A DNA stretch of 64,000 bases from Setoptus koraiensis (GCA_048013815.1 CM106585.1:4464001-4528000); one strand, 5' to 3'. Positions 1 through 11,626 are shown, counted from the first letter of the stretch. The notes: a model not told the origin generated them from the sequence alone. Numbers and translations are program-made.

Positions 1-924
1 ATGCACCAGCGGTCGGCCTGCACCAGCGGCCAGCCGAACAACCGTCGGATTGGCTGGCGTGCGTTTGTCAGCGACCGGCCGGCGCAACGGCCGGTAACGA
101 GCATCATCATGAGCCACCAGCACTGGTGCTGACGCTGGTGCCGAGGCTGGTGCCGAGGCTGGTTTAGACGCCGGTATCGACACTGGTGGCGCTGCCCATC
201 CGCAGGGGCGTCAGGTGGGCGTTTTGCACGAGTTTCAATCGGCGTCGTGATTGCAATTTAATATTTATTGTGTTTTATCATCATGTTATGCGTGCGCCAT
301 GATGAAGCGATCATCGATTGTTATGGTCGCGGCGGCCGCTGGCCGAAAAGTGGCGCTTCTCGCGTTTGTTATTGTTTTTGTGGGCTTGCTCCATCGCGCC
401 GTACCTGGCCACTGCACCACAGACTCTGCACCACAGACTCTGCACCACAGACTCTGCACTGCACACTCTGTAGACCGGCATGGGCCGACACGGACCGCTG
501 CGGGCCGGCCTCTCGCAAACCAGAGTGGACCCGACCAGAATAAACCGGCGTGCACCGGTACGGGCGGGCCGGTATGGCATGCGAGCGCCATGAGCGAGCG
601 AGCAGGCCGGCGAAACGGGCCGGCGCTATAAGCGAGCGAAATAGGCGAGCGAACAGGCGAGCGCAACAAGTGGAGACTTCGCGCCGAGAAGCGCCGGACG
701 ATAATTATGATTACACGGCGCTGGGCGATATCAATGGCTTCGGCGGGCGCAACAAGTGCGCGAATTGGCGCAACCCGGTGTGTGGTCTATCAGAAGTGGC
801 CCGTTGAATTGATGCGTAACTAATTGCATTTGCATCGCGGTGCAGCGCGCCTCCCTCGACTGCAACCTGTCGTCTCACTTTCACACAAGCGCCGGCGCGG
901 TTGTTGCCGCCGTCGATGTTGCTG

Positions 925-985
925 TTGCCGTTGTTGTCGGTGTTGTCGGTGTTGTCGGTGTTGTCGGTGTTGTCGGTGTTGTTGC
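925..985. repeat. 9-nt/3-nt GTTGTCGGT tandem repeat within a (GTT)/(AAC)-rich tract
   Basis: ggtgttgtc repeated ~5 times; source of the VVG/CCR/TPT low-complexity ORFs. Confidence 0.85.
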
Positions 986-3455
986 TGTTGTTGCTGCTTT
1001 TGTAGTGCTGTTGCCGTTGTGCGGTGCGGCGCAAGCCGCAACAACGCGCCCAGCGAGCCGGCGACAACAACACAACGGCACCGCAACAGCAACAGCAGCA
1101 CAACAACACAACAACAACAGCAACAGCAGCAGCAGAAACAACAACACGCAAACAACAGGGCAACAGGTGCATGTTGTTGTTATGTTGTTATTTTGTGTTG
1201 CGTTGCGCGCCTAATTGAGACATCCAGTCGGTGCGCGATGGCCACCATCAATGATAATTACTTTCGCTCGCTTCTTTTCTCATGAGAACAACGGCGGCGC
1301 TTTTGCAAGCCGCTTCGCTGCGTTACAACTTCATTAGGCCTCTCGCTAAATCGCCATTCAATGGCTATTCGATGGCGATCCAATGGCAATCCAATGAGAG
1401 ATCCGATGAGAGATCCGACGAGCTCGCATGGCGGACGACGAGCACTATTGACGAGCGGCCGTTGCAGTTGATGGCCGATGGTGCTAATCAATTAGTTATA
1501 GGCGCCGCACAATCGAGCTTCATTATTCATTATGTTTGGCTCGATGAGCACAATGCGCCGGTCGCCGACGAGCGGCGATAAAACGTCGGATATGCTCATG
1601 TGTTTATATATTTATACGCTCATGTATTTATATACTTGTGTGCTCATGCATTTATCTGTTTATACGCTCATGCATTTATATGTTTGTTCGGGGCTTCGTG
1701 CCACTCCGAGCGGCCAGCCAATGGACACGTCCGACAGAATTGAGAGTGAGCGCCGACAGCGCCGAGCGGCTGCAAATGCGCAAATTTACGCAAGTGGAAT
1801 TGCGCCAATTCGGACGAGTCGAGACGCGAAATCAAACACGCCGGACACTGGATAGAGAGAGAGAGAGATACTGCGATTGCGATCGCAAGTGTTGGCATTG
1901 TTCGCGTTTGTTCGCGTTCGTTCGTGTTTGTTCGTGTTGCCTCGCCAAACATATGCCGCCGGGCCGGTCTCAAATGGCAAGCCACACTGCATGCCGCAAA
2001 CGGCGCTGGCCGCCGCTCGGGCCGCCACTCGGGCCGGCGCGGTCATTTCGGCCGGCAGCGAGTGCCATTTCGCGAGCCGAGCGAGCGTTCGCGGCGAGCC
2101 GAGCGAGCGTTCGGGAGCGCCTGCGAGCCGCCTCGAATGGATCTTGGGCTCATTGTGTGGCGGTAATATAATATGGCCAGAATAAATTATATTGGCCGCG
2201 AGACGCGAGCCGTCGACGCGCCGGTCGGAGGCATCGCACGGCCGGAGCACTTGTTACATTGCATGACAGCCATGTCCAGTTTGCGCCGCTTGCGCCGACA
2301 TTTCGAGCAAACTGCCGGCCAGCGCCGACTGTTGCCCTGCCTAAAACAAAAAGCGTCTCAACATCAATTTATCCACAACATAATAATCTAATCTATCCGC
2401 GGCGCGCAAACAACTGTGCAAGCATCCGCACGGCGGCCGGCCGAGCGGCCACTGGGCGGCCGAATATCCGCGCCGCCGCGGCCAGATATCAAAGGAGGAC
2501 CGCCGGGTCGAGCCGTGCGCCGACGGAACGGCCCGCGGAACGGCCGACACAACGTTCGAAAGAGCGTTCGAAAGAACGACCGACGGAACGGCCAGAATAA
2601 ACAGAGGATGCAGGCTGAGCAGCTCGAGATAATGACGACTACTGGCCGGATTAATTGCGCTGCCCGCGAACAGCGCCGGCAAGTGCATTACCGTGGAACA
2701 CACACCGACACCGGCGTTACCTAACGCCTAATGTTGCCTACACAACGATGTTGCGCAATAATGCTGCACAATAATGCTGCGTAAAACGTTGCGCAATAAT
2801 GTTGCGTAAAACGTTGCAGCTCGCCACCGCCTGTCGGTCATTACACGACAGGTGAGACAAGTGGCGGCAATGAACAGCGCAGACTGTAAACGTTTTGCGA
2901 GATTTGTGTCAACCGTGGCCGCGGTCGCGCAATCGGCCCGCGCTGTCGGATGTTGTACGGGCCGCAGCGGTCATCTGCGCATCGGGCAGCCCGTGTCGGC
3001 CGTATCTGGCCGTATCTGGCCTGTCCGGCCCATCTCAGATAGGTTATCTGCAGCATCTCAAGCGTGCGCACGACGCAACAAGATGCGAGATCCGACAACA
3101 GATTAGGCCGGCGCGGCGCGTCCAGCGTCACGAACGGCGACCCTGTTGCTGGCGGCCGCCGCCAGTGCCCATTAATTAATTAATCGCACCATTAGCACCG
3201 TGTAGTGTTATGTTCACAAATCACAATTGAATCATCATCGCGCCTCGCCCTTGAATCGCTGAAGAATCAGTGCGAAATCGGCGCAAAATCAGTGCGAAAT
3301 CACTGCAAAATCGGTGCGAAATGAGCGCAGAATCATAGCAAAATCAGAGAAGAATCAGAGCAGAATCAGCGCCAATTCGGCGCAAAATCATTATCGGCTT
3401 CATTATGACGGCCTCATTTGTTTATGGTCATACTCAATATGGTCGCAATACTCAC

Positions 3456-5315
3456 CAGGCGTCCGGCTTTGTTGTTGTGCATGTTCATGGCTTGCCTTAT
3501 GTCTTGATGATACTTGAGCGAGTTCGCCTCCATCAGCGACCTCATGAGTTGTTGTTGTTGTTGCTCGTCCAGCACCACATTGCCGCTGCCGCTCCAACTA
3601 ACTAAATTATTGCCGGCGCTGCAAGCGCTGCTCGGAATGATTGTTGAATCCCTGACGGTGCCCTGTTCGCCGACAATTGTGTTGACTCTATTTGACCCGA
3701 CAGCCGATAGCGGTCGGGTGGCGGGCTCACGCTCGGGCACTTCGTTTCTGTTTGTGGCCCCGGATAGCGCCGCAAACTCAAAGCTTCGACGTTTTCTCTT
3801 GATAACTTTATCAGACACAACAATAAAACTGGCGCTCGTCTTAACGGCATTCCTCGCTGGCGGCGCTGTTACCGCTGACACTGGCGCGGATAGTTCATTT
3901 AAAACTTGGCTTCGTTTATCAGCGGATACAGTATTCGTATTGTCGGACGGCTGCTGCTCTCGTTGAGCTCTCGTTATATAGTTTGACTCTGTGTTGGCCG
4001 CGTGCTGATACAAATTGGTACTGATGTGATTGGTGTTGCTGGTGGTGGCCGTTATTACGGGGGCCAAATGGGGCGCCGAGCCGCCGACAGCGGGCAGCGA
4101 TTCGTTTGAGTAGTAGTGGCTCTTCTGGGCGCTTGATTTTATCGATTGGTGCTGCTGTTTCGGCTGCTGGCCACCATGTAGCGCATACAGAATAGAGTCT
4201 TTGGTTGATTTTGTATGAAGAGTTGCTTTTGAATTGGTGGCTGAACTGAAATCATTCAAATGTTGTTGCTTGTGCGCCGCATGAGCATGATTCTGCTGAT
4301 GATGATGATGCGCCAATTGTTCGTGCTGGCTCGTCGTCTTGGTGGACATAAAACTCTTTTGGGCCAGATAAGTGTGCATCTTCTCGACGGCCTCGGCGAA
4401 ATGTTTTGCATGCAACATTCCGTAGCGAACGTTCTCGTGGCAGCCGCCCCAGACCCAGTTTCGTTCTTTGTCGAGGCTGCGACCGTCCATGGTTTTATCA
4501 CAGGCGCAATCGCTGATGTCGCCCATACTGCAGGCTTTGGCTATCGAGTGAACAATTCCGGCTGCCGTGATCGCGTGGATGAAGGCGCTTTCTTTGTTTC
4601 CGACTGAACAAACAGGAATCAATGTGACAATGTAACAAAATATTAATTTACAGTGGCCGAAGAGGCAATCATCTAGCTCGCAACTTGTCAGAAAAAAGAG
4701 CTCACAACTTGTCAGCAACGTTGCCAAAACTCGTGACGGACGAGTTTTGGCGAAAACTTGACACACTGTCGACCTACCTGAATGCGCCGAATGTCCCGTG
4801 ATGAGATGATGATCTCCATGAGGATGACTACAATTCCAGCGTTCTTTCTGGAATTGTTTCTGGCATTCTTTTATGCCGTTTAGGGCGCCATTGTTGATAG
4901 CTGCGATTGCGTTCGGTTGCGAATTCTTGCACATTCTTAGCTGGCTGGACACGTGCGCCGGCACCAAGGAGCAAATATTGAACTGTTGGTGGTGGTGGTG
5001 CTGCTGTTGCTGTTGGTTGTGGTGATGTTGCTGATGTGATGGCGATTTAACGGGAACTTCATTGTTTAAATTGTTGTGCAAATTATACTGGGCATGGTTG
5101 CCGTAGAGTTGATTAACATCGTTGAATTGGTTGTTGTTACTATTTTTATGCTGCTGATTGGCGAGCGATTGGCCGGCGCTAGAGGAATACAATTCTGAGG
5201 CGCTGACCAGATAACTCGAGGCGCGTTGCCCATGGTAATTGTGACTATTTGAATGGCTGATTAGTGATGACATACACAAAAGTGCCAATAACAATGTCAT
5301 TTGAATGTTCATCAT
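3456..5315 (-). CDS. Wnt: Wnt family ligand, 5' part only (most like WntA). Exons 5315-4778 and 4603-3456; the remaining exons (CKCHG/TCW half) were not found in the window
   Basis: Signal-peptide-like MMNIQMTLLLALLCMSSLISHS starting at ATG 5315. Wnt motifs ICSLVP..MCK..GIKECQKQFQKERWNCS, NKESAFIHAITAAGIVHSIAKACSMGDISDCACD, WVWGGCHENVRYGM and AMNMHNNKAGRL. Intron 4777-4604 (CAG|GTAGGT ... TTCAG) and donor CTG|GTGAGT at 3455. The WntA assignment rests on recalled motif similarity only (~0.5). Confidence 0.92.
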
Positions 5316-6316
5316 TTTACTGGACTGTGGACTGGACAAAATTGTCGCCATACTGCAAACATTCTGCTCATTCAAGCTCATGGATATCGTGTGTGACTTT
5401 GTTACGTAACACCTGAACAGTATCATGTGACAGTTTTTGGATGCAATGTGCTCTAAATGCTAATTAATTCATGTGTCCGACGATTCGAAACTAATTATCA
5501 AACTCGTTCGTTACCCCGAACTGATCTATCTGAGCTTGAAACGATTGCTGATCGCCCCAAACTGCTCGCGCGGACGTTGGTGATTTTTGATGATTTCTTG
5601 CGGATTCTTAAGTAAGACACACGTTTTAGGGATTATCTATCTGCTTATTGTTTGAACTTGAATTTTCTTGCCGGACAACGGAGGTCAAGTGCGGATAAAC
5701 ACTGGCCGGTGTGAATTGTTTGTGGACTCTGGATTATTTCTTTGGCCAACTAAAGCGCCGATGCGATGATTTTGTTGCATTCGAATTGGCACTTTTGCAG
5801 CATTTTTTCAAGTTCGAAGCGGCCAGCACGCATGCGCACCAATTTAAACCGGTAGGTTGAGCATGCGCGCTGTCGTTTGCAGAACTGGCAAACTGAAATA
5901 TAGAAAGCGTGCTTGAGGAAAAAACCATTAGAGGTCGCTTGTTGATTGCAGGGCCGTGGCCCATTGAAACAGCAGAACCGTAAAGGCTAATTGTAACCAT
6001 ATTTTCCTCAATATAAATATATTAATATCTACTGCAGCCAACACGGCACAAGGCCCCGATCGAAGCGCCCTCCATCAGAGCGGCACGTCACTGGCAGGAA
6101 CATAGTGACTTACTTCGGTTTTTATCATCAGACCATTGCGTCAATTTGTGCGGGCCCGCTGCAACATTTAAACCGCAACTGTACTGTTTACAAGCAACTC
6201 GTTATACATTGCAACAATCGGACCAAGCACGTTACATGGAAACGAGGACAATACATTTGCAAACCATACATTTGCAACACAAAAAAAAACAAACAAATAA
6301 ATAGATCTCAATAAAA

Positions 6317-6943
6317 ATGGACGAGGTTGTGGAGCACTCCGGCACCGAATCTGGCATCGATCTCATATTGGCCGTAGTCAAGGACGCGCAAGAGCTAAGG
6401 TCCTATGTCAATGACAAAGTGGAGAGTATATTATTCAGAGTGAACGATTTGTCGGCCAATTACGTTAAGCGACGCAATAAACGGAAAAGCAAAACGCCAG
6501 TCAGATATATTTGTGACGACGATCAAAGCGGAGACCTTGAACTAGACGGACATTGTGGAGATCTTGGACTGGACGATCAATGTGGGGATCTTGGACTGGA
6601 CAACCACTCCACCATTGAGTATGCCTCCGACATTGAGGCCGATTCTCCGGTCAATCATGAAGACAATGTCGATAACAGCGGATCGAGTCAAAGTTCCTCA
6701 AAGAGAACACAAAGCACGCCTAACAAGAGGCTAAAGAATGCTTCCGACGAGTCAAACAATGATATCAGGCCCTACGCATGCGAGTACTGTGATAGAACAT
6801 ATGGATGGCAAATGTCTCTTCAGCGTCACATCAAAGAAAGTCACGATGACAGTGCCAGGTTTGAGTGCAGGGCTTGTCCAAAGATTTTCACCAGAAGATA
6901 TCTGTTATCAAGGCATGAATCAACGCACACGCGTCAAGACTAA
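6317..6943 (+). CDS. C2H2 zinc-finger protein (208 aa, two C-terminal fingers, acidic middle)
   Basis: YACEYCDRTYGWQMSLQRHIKESH and FECRACPKIFTRRYLLSRHESTH fit C-x2-C-x12-H-x3-5-H. Single uninterrupted ORF with ATG and TAA. Confidence 0.85.
   Translation: MDEVVEHSGTESGIDLILAVVKDAQELRSYVNDKVESILFRVNDLSANYVKRRNKRKSKTPVRYICDDDQSGDLELDGHCGDLGLDDQCGDLGLDNHSTIEYASDIEADSPVNHEDNVDNSGSSQSSSKRTQSTPNKRLKNASDESNNDIRPYACEYCDRTYGWQMSLQRHIKESHDDSARFECRACPKIFTRRYLLSRHESTHTRQD
6518..6598 (+). repeat. In-frame 27-nt tandem triplication (DDQSGDLEL/DGHCGDLGL/DDQCGDLGL) in the zinc-finger gene
   Basis: Units gacgatcaaagcggagaccttgaacta, gacggacattgtggagatcttggactg, gacgatcaatgtggggatcttggactg. Confidence 0.85.
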
Positions 6944-7010
6944 CAACAAAGTATGTATTTATTAATTTATACACAGTTAAATCAGAAAAAATTTAATTGT
7001 CAGAAATAAA

Positions 7011-9125
7011 CTATATGTTAACGTCTACAGGTGGTTTCGGATAATAACCGCCACACCTCAAATTGGTTGTATTGATTGTGTCTGATACATTTTCCGACCT
7101 CTCCAACGGATCTGACTGAATCTCAGCTATGTGAAGTCGAACATTGCGCAGGGCTTCAGCGGATAGGACATTAGCCGAGACTGTTTCCAATTCTCCATTA
7201 TGGGTTCCATTACAAAATGATCTGCTCGATCTAGCTAGAACAGTTATTAACATAAACGAGTCAATAACCAATTGAGCAAGTCTTGATAATTCAACTTGTT
7301 TTGATGGGGCGTCGACACCATGGCGCAGGCATATAATCTCTGTAGAATATTTGACTCTCTTGATTATGAACTCAAGTCTTCTAGCGGCTTCCTCTAGCCT
7401 CGGGTGAATGTTGCCCTTGATATCGGCGTCTAATGTCAGCCAATCATTTGTCTCCACAGCCTCTTTAAAAGTGATCTTTGTGAGGTATCCTGGATACCAA
7501 GGGGCTAACCTAAGTTTACTCAGGTGTACATGATTAAGTCTGGCGTACCAGAACACTCCTAAAGTTCCTATATATATGCGATTGTGCAAGCACCCATCCA
7601 TGAACGAATCCAATATATTTATCTGTTCTTGGAGTCGTGAGGTTAAGAACATGTCTGAGCCGCAAATCTGCTGAAGATTTCGTAATATATCTGAGCCATA
7701 TTCTACAGCTAATGTCTTTGTGATTGCAGCCTCGATATGACTATCGAAACCATCGTTAAGTCCATCGTACATTCCTGCCACAAAATAGACCATGGATTCG
7801 ATTGCAAATATCTTGTTTGTCGCATCAGCCAAACGGTTTTGAATTATATCACATCCAAGTAGGCCTCTTTTATGATCTGTTAGGTATTTATAAGATCGAC
7901 GAAGTGTATCTTTTAGCATTCCAAGAATAACTGCGCTAGCGCCTAGTTGCCCGAGACCTTTAATGTTGACAGGCCAAGCTGATTTTCTCTGAGCAGGAAA
8001 AACCTCATAATCTTTTGAGATGACCAGGTCGAGATCAATGTCGTGATATTTCAGACCCGCAGAATCATGATAAACTGGACTGAAAGATTTAATAAGATCC
8101 TTAGAAACAATACATGCTGCAGTTAGGGGGTCGCTGGAAGGATTCGGTTCTTGTCCTGTAGCCTTGACTCCAACTTTGTTTGCTAGAGTGCCATCTCTGA
8201 AGAAGACTAAATAATTCTCAACATTGTCTTCGACAAGTAAGCGAAATTTTTTCCCCTGTATTGACCACAGACTATTAATATCATCATCCATTCCTAGAGT
8301 CGACCATTCTTGAGGTGGTAGAGATCCGAAGTGCAATGGACGCTCTGTATAGGCGAATCCTATTGGTGGAAGAATGCGATCGTGCTTGCGATTTTCGAAA
8401 TCTAAGCTCACCTGAGGCAATAGGGCATTTTTCAGATTGATATTGTTTGTTTTTTTCAACGGATAGTATGTGAGACAGTTCCTCGTGATCAATGATAGGA
8501 TCGATTTGGTGACATCGATGTGAGTGAATTCCATATCTTTGCTACCTTTTGTAAATAGGTCTGAATCAGATGTAGGTTTAGAGAGGTCAGTTTCGTAGCA
8601 ACATCGACTTGATGAGCCTATTGCATCAAAGATGGTCATCATCTCTGTAACAGACAGTTCATACATATTGTTGAAATTGAATTGTTGTAACTTGTCTGGA
8701 TCGTTCCAAATCTTTGGCCATAGCTGGTGGACCATTTTAGATTGGTCATATAACAATGCGGATTCCTTTCGATTATCAAGACATTCTGGATAAACGAGAA
8801 AGTCGGCATCTAATTTGCCAACGAACATATCTATGGCCAGTGAGCCCTTTTTGTCGATCTTTTTCATCTTGTCCGTTATGTTGAGAGAAAGCAATGGTTT
8901 CTCTGCGACAATGTCCGGCCTCTCAAATCCTGATATTCCCCTCTCCTCCTCCTTGATGTCATACTTGTGGTCGTCATTACTGATGTCCAGCAATTCCTTA
9001 TTTTCCTCGGTGCCTTGTTTCTGATTCAGATGGGCAATCCGTTTGACTGTTCTGTTGTGTTGACGAAGCAGAGTGTGCCGCACAGCAGAGCCACGACATA
9101 TAGTGTGTCCTAGGCGTGTAAACAT
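7011..9125 (-). CDS. ACAD9: Acyl-CoA dehydrogenase family member 9-like / complex I assembly factor (ACAD9/Egm-like), degenerate active site, intronless
   Basis: Basic N-terminal presequence (MFTRLGHTICRGSAVRHTLLRQHNR; ATG at 9125, whereas the listed ORF starts at a TTG). ACAD9/VLCAD-like segments SLAIDMFVGKLDADFLVYPE, IQNRLADATNKIFAIESMVYFVAGMYD, IEAAITK, and the C-terminal extension QVELSRLAQLVIDSFMLITVLARSSRS. Confidence 0.8.
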   Translation of the reverse strand: MFTRLGHTICRGSAVRHTLLRQHNRTVKRIAHLNQKQGTEENKELLDISNDDHKYDIKEEERGISGFERPDIVAEKPLLSLNITDKMKKIDKKGSLAIDMFVGKLDADFLVYPECLDNRKESALLYDQSKMVHQLWPKIWNDPDKLQQFNFNNMYELSVTEMMTIFDAIGSSSRCCYETDLSKPTSDSDLFTKGSKDMEFTHIDVTKSILSLITRNCLTYYPLKKTNNINLKNALLPQVSLDFENRKHDRILPPIGFAYTERPLHFGSLPPQEWSTLGMDDDINSLWSIQGKKFRLLVEDNVENYLVFFRDGTLANKVGVKATGQEPNPSSDPLTAACIVSKDLIKSFSPVYHDSAGLKYHDIDLDLVISKDYEVFPAQRKSAWPVNIKGLGQLGASAVILGMLKDTLRRSYKYLTDHKRGLLGCDIIQNRLADATNKIFAIESMVYFVAGMYDGLNDGFDSHIEAAITKTLAVEYGSDILRNLQQICGSDMFLTSRLQEQINILDSFMDGCLHNRIYIGTLGVFWYARLNHVHLSKLRLAPWYPGYLTKITFKEAVETNDWLTLDADIKGNIHPRLEEAARRLEFIIKRVKYSTEIICLRHGVDAPSKQVELSRLAQLVIDSFMLITVLARSSRSFCNGTHNGELETVSANVLSAEALRNVRLHIAEIQSDPLERSENVSDTINTTNLRCGGYYPKPPVDVNI

Positions 9126-9879
9126 GTTGAAATAGGATAAATTATGATACAATTGAGGAATCCATGGGTCAGAATGGTGCTCGAAGGAACAATGATCTCA
9201 TGAACATGTGACCCGACAAGTCCCGTTTGCACCATGTGTGTTGTGATTGTTATGCTTGCCTGCGCACGCCCACTCATTGGCTGTCCGCTCAATGCCACAC
9301 CCATCCCGTGAGCGGTCCGGGTATGAAACACGCAGTGATAATGGTGACAAACTGATTGTCGGCGCAGTCGAAACCCGTGTTCGACCGTGGCTTATGGCGC
9401 TAATCACAGGCGACATGTTGATGCACCCGACTGTACCCGACGCATCAGGTATGCCGCGACATGGCACGCCCCAAAGTTAAAACCATATTCACCCAAGACT
9501 GGTATACTCGATATCAATACCGATGTAATTGAAAAAAACTCTCGACACGGCGCTACTTATGGGGCCGGTGTACGAGGTGGTTGAGACCAAAATGAGGCCC
9601 CTCACTCTCGGATGCGGCATACCGATTGTGCGGTACCGCCCCAAGAAAGTCCGCGAGCGCACTACCCGCACGCGTAAAATTTCAACGTTGCCTCTGATGC
9701 AGCAAACGATAATGTTTATTGGTGATTATCCCTGTTCGCTTCGAACGTCTGCGTTGACCAACGCATTATTGCAAGAAATCATTTATCTTATCGACTGACT
9801 TGCGAATATACCGAGCAATCCAGTCGGCCAAACCAACCAACCAACCAAAGAACCAAACACAAAACTGCTCCACTGCAGC

Positions 9880-10158
9880 ATGTCGGATGGCGAGGATACT
9901 TATTGCGACTGTCGATCCACCTACAAAGGAGGATTTATGATATCTTGCGACCGTTGCGAGGAATGGTTCCACGGAACATGCGTCAATATATCGAAACGAA
10001 AATCCGACCAACTGGACAAATGGTATTGTACGCAATGCCAGAAGATAGATGCCTCACTGAGAATTACACCAAAACGAATTGCAACCAAAGATAAGAGAAC
10101 AGCCGGCAAGGTATCGGCGAAAGCCTTGAAAGAGAAACAGAAAAGGATCGCGAAATAG
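9880..10158 (+). CDS. Small PHD-finger protein (92 aa), CXXC1/Spp1-type PHD with basic tail
   Basis: YCDCRSTYKGGFMISCDRCEEWFHGTCVNISKRKSDQLDKWYCTQC is a complete C4-H-C3 PHD with the Tyr/Met/Trp cage residues. Stop at 10156-10158. Confidence 0.75.
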   Translation: MSDGEDTYCDCRSTYKGGFMISCDRCEEWFHGTCVNISKRKSDQLDKWYCTQCQKIDASLRITPKRIATKDKRTAGKVSAKALKEKQKRIAK

Positions 10159-10681
10159 CTATGCTCTTTTATTCTTTCTCCGAAGCATGCATGATGCCAG
10201 TCCAGCTCTCGAGAGGGCGCAACAGATAGCTTTTTAATTGAAACATATGTTTTACTTTTGTGATTTTCACTCGACCATTGTAAGCCAATAATCACAGCCA
10301 GGATTGACCGTTCCGAGATTGTTGCTCACACTGACCGGAAACACTTTTTCACCACTGCCTAATATCGCGTTTGATTGGGACACAAAATGAATGAATCGTC
10401 ACACAAATGATTGAGAAACTACGTGACACGATTACTAATGTACTCGATGTGCAATGAGATTGGCCATAGTTTTAAGAATTGCACGCGAACGGATGATGCC
10501 AAAGAGAGTAACATGAATTGAAATTGAATCAAATAAACAATAAATATGAGCAAGAGCACAATTCTCTTTCTGATATTCTCACTGCCCTCGCGGGTCTCTG
10601 GCGGGGTCCCGGTGAAAATCGGTATGTCTCTTCATTTTGTCGAAGGGGACGTTTTCTTTTATAATTTTTTCTAAAAACGTA

Positions 10682-11626
10682 GATTATTCTATCTAACACG
10701 TACCACGCCCAATTTGGGTATTTTGGGTATTTATGGGTAGGGTATGATGCCCTGAGACCGGAAAAGGTATTCCGGAAGTGCGGAAATTCTTCGTTCCCGA
10801 GATACCCGAAGTACCGCATTGTGGATATCTCAGGGTATTTGTGGGCATATTTGGGGTACGGGCAGCCGTACCCCCCCGCATTCACATCCGGTGTGGTACT
10901 GATGGTCAATCACCGAGGCTAGATTCTACCTAACAGCCCCAGGAGCAGAATAAAAGTAGTTTAACTTAATGGGCGTGACCAATAGATGCGGCGCGGAGCG
11001 CAACCGCGGCCGCCGGATCATCGACGGGATTCTGAGCACGCACTTCGGAGCTGCGCCCCTCAGGAGAAGCCACGATGTGCGGGAGGCCTTTGGTCTGCCG
11101 TCTGCCATGCAGCCTGGGCCCGGGCCGGAGGAAGGGTTCGGCCTCCAGTCGTCCACGCCTACGGCCTACGGCCTTCGGCGGGACGACTGACGGCCACCAA
11201 ACTAAAAAAGATTCTTCCCGAGGACTGGGGGTCGAGTGGGCGGGGCCCGCGGTCGCACCGGGTTCCATTCTAGCTCGCTTTCAAGTAGCAAGCTTGAACA
11301 AACGATTATGCCAAACAGACTACCCGATTCGCGTTGAATCGCGGACCGGAAGTGCTAGATATAGAAAACAGTGAATTTCTCGAGATCGGGTTCTCAAATA
11401 TGATCTTATCTGATGAAATCACGTAGATCGTGGTAGTAGCTGTGCGATCATACCAAAATGTATTGCAAAAAGCATCTGTGAGACCAAAAAAATGGATTTT
11501 TCGATATCTCCGGAAGTGAAAATTTCCGCACTTCCGGACTATCATATTTGTACTTGGGGGCCCCTTCGGGGCCCCTGTGTGAAGTTTCGTGGGAATCGGG
11601 CTTGGTACGTGTTAGATAGAACACCC
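10682..11626. mobile_element. 945-bp non-autonomous DNA transposon (MITE-like) with imperfect TIRs and 8-bp target-site duplication AAAACGTA
   Basis: Left end GATTA-TTCTATCTAACACGTACCACGCCCAATT; reverse complement of right end GGGTG-TTCTATCTAACACGTACCAAGCCCGATT. Second inverted block TCCGGAAGTGCGGAAATT at 10771 and 11521-11538. AAAACGTA directly repeated at 10674-10681 and 11627-11634, symmetric to the TIRs. No transposase ORF. Confidence 0.8.

Noticed and set aside
251-3179. Numerous overlapping 60-180-aa ORFs (poly-C/V/T/Q, Arg/Ala-rich)
   Set aside because: They are generated by GC-rich and GTT/AAC tandem repeats in all frames. No domain motifs were found, and the region is probably Wnt intron.
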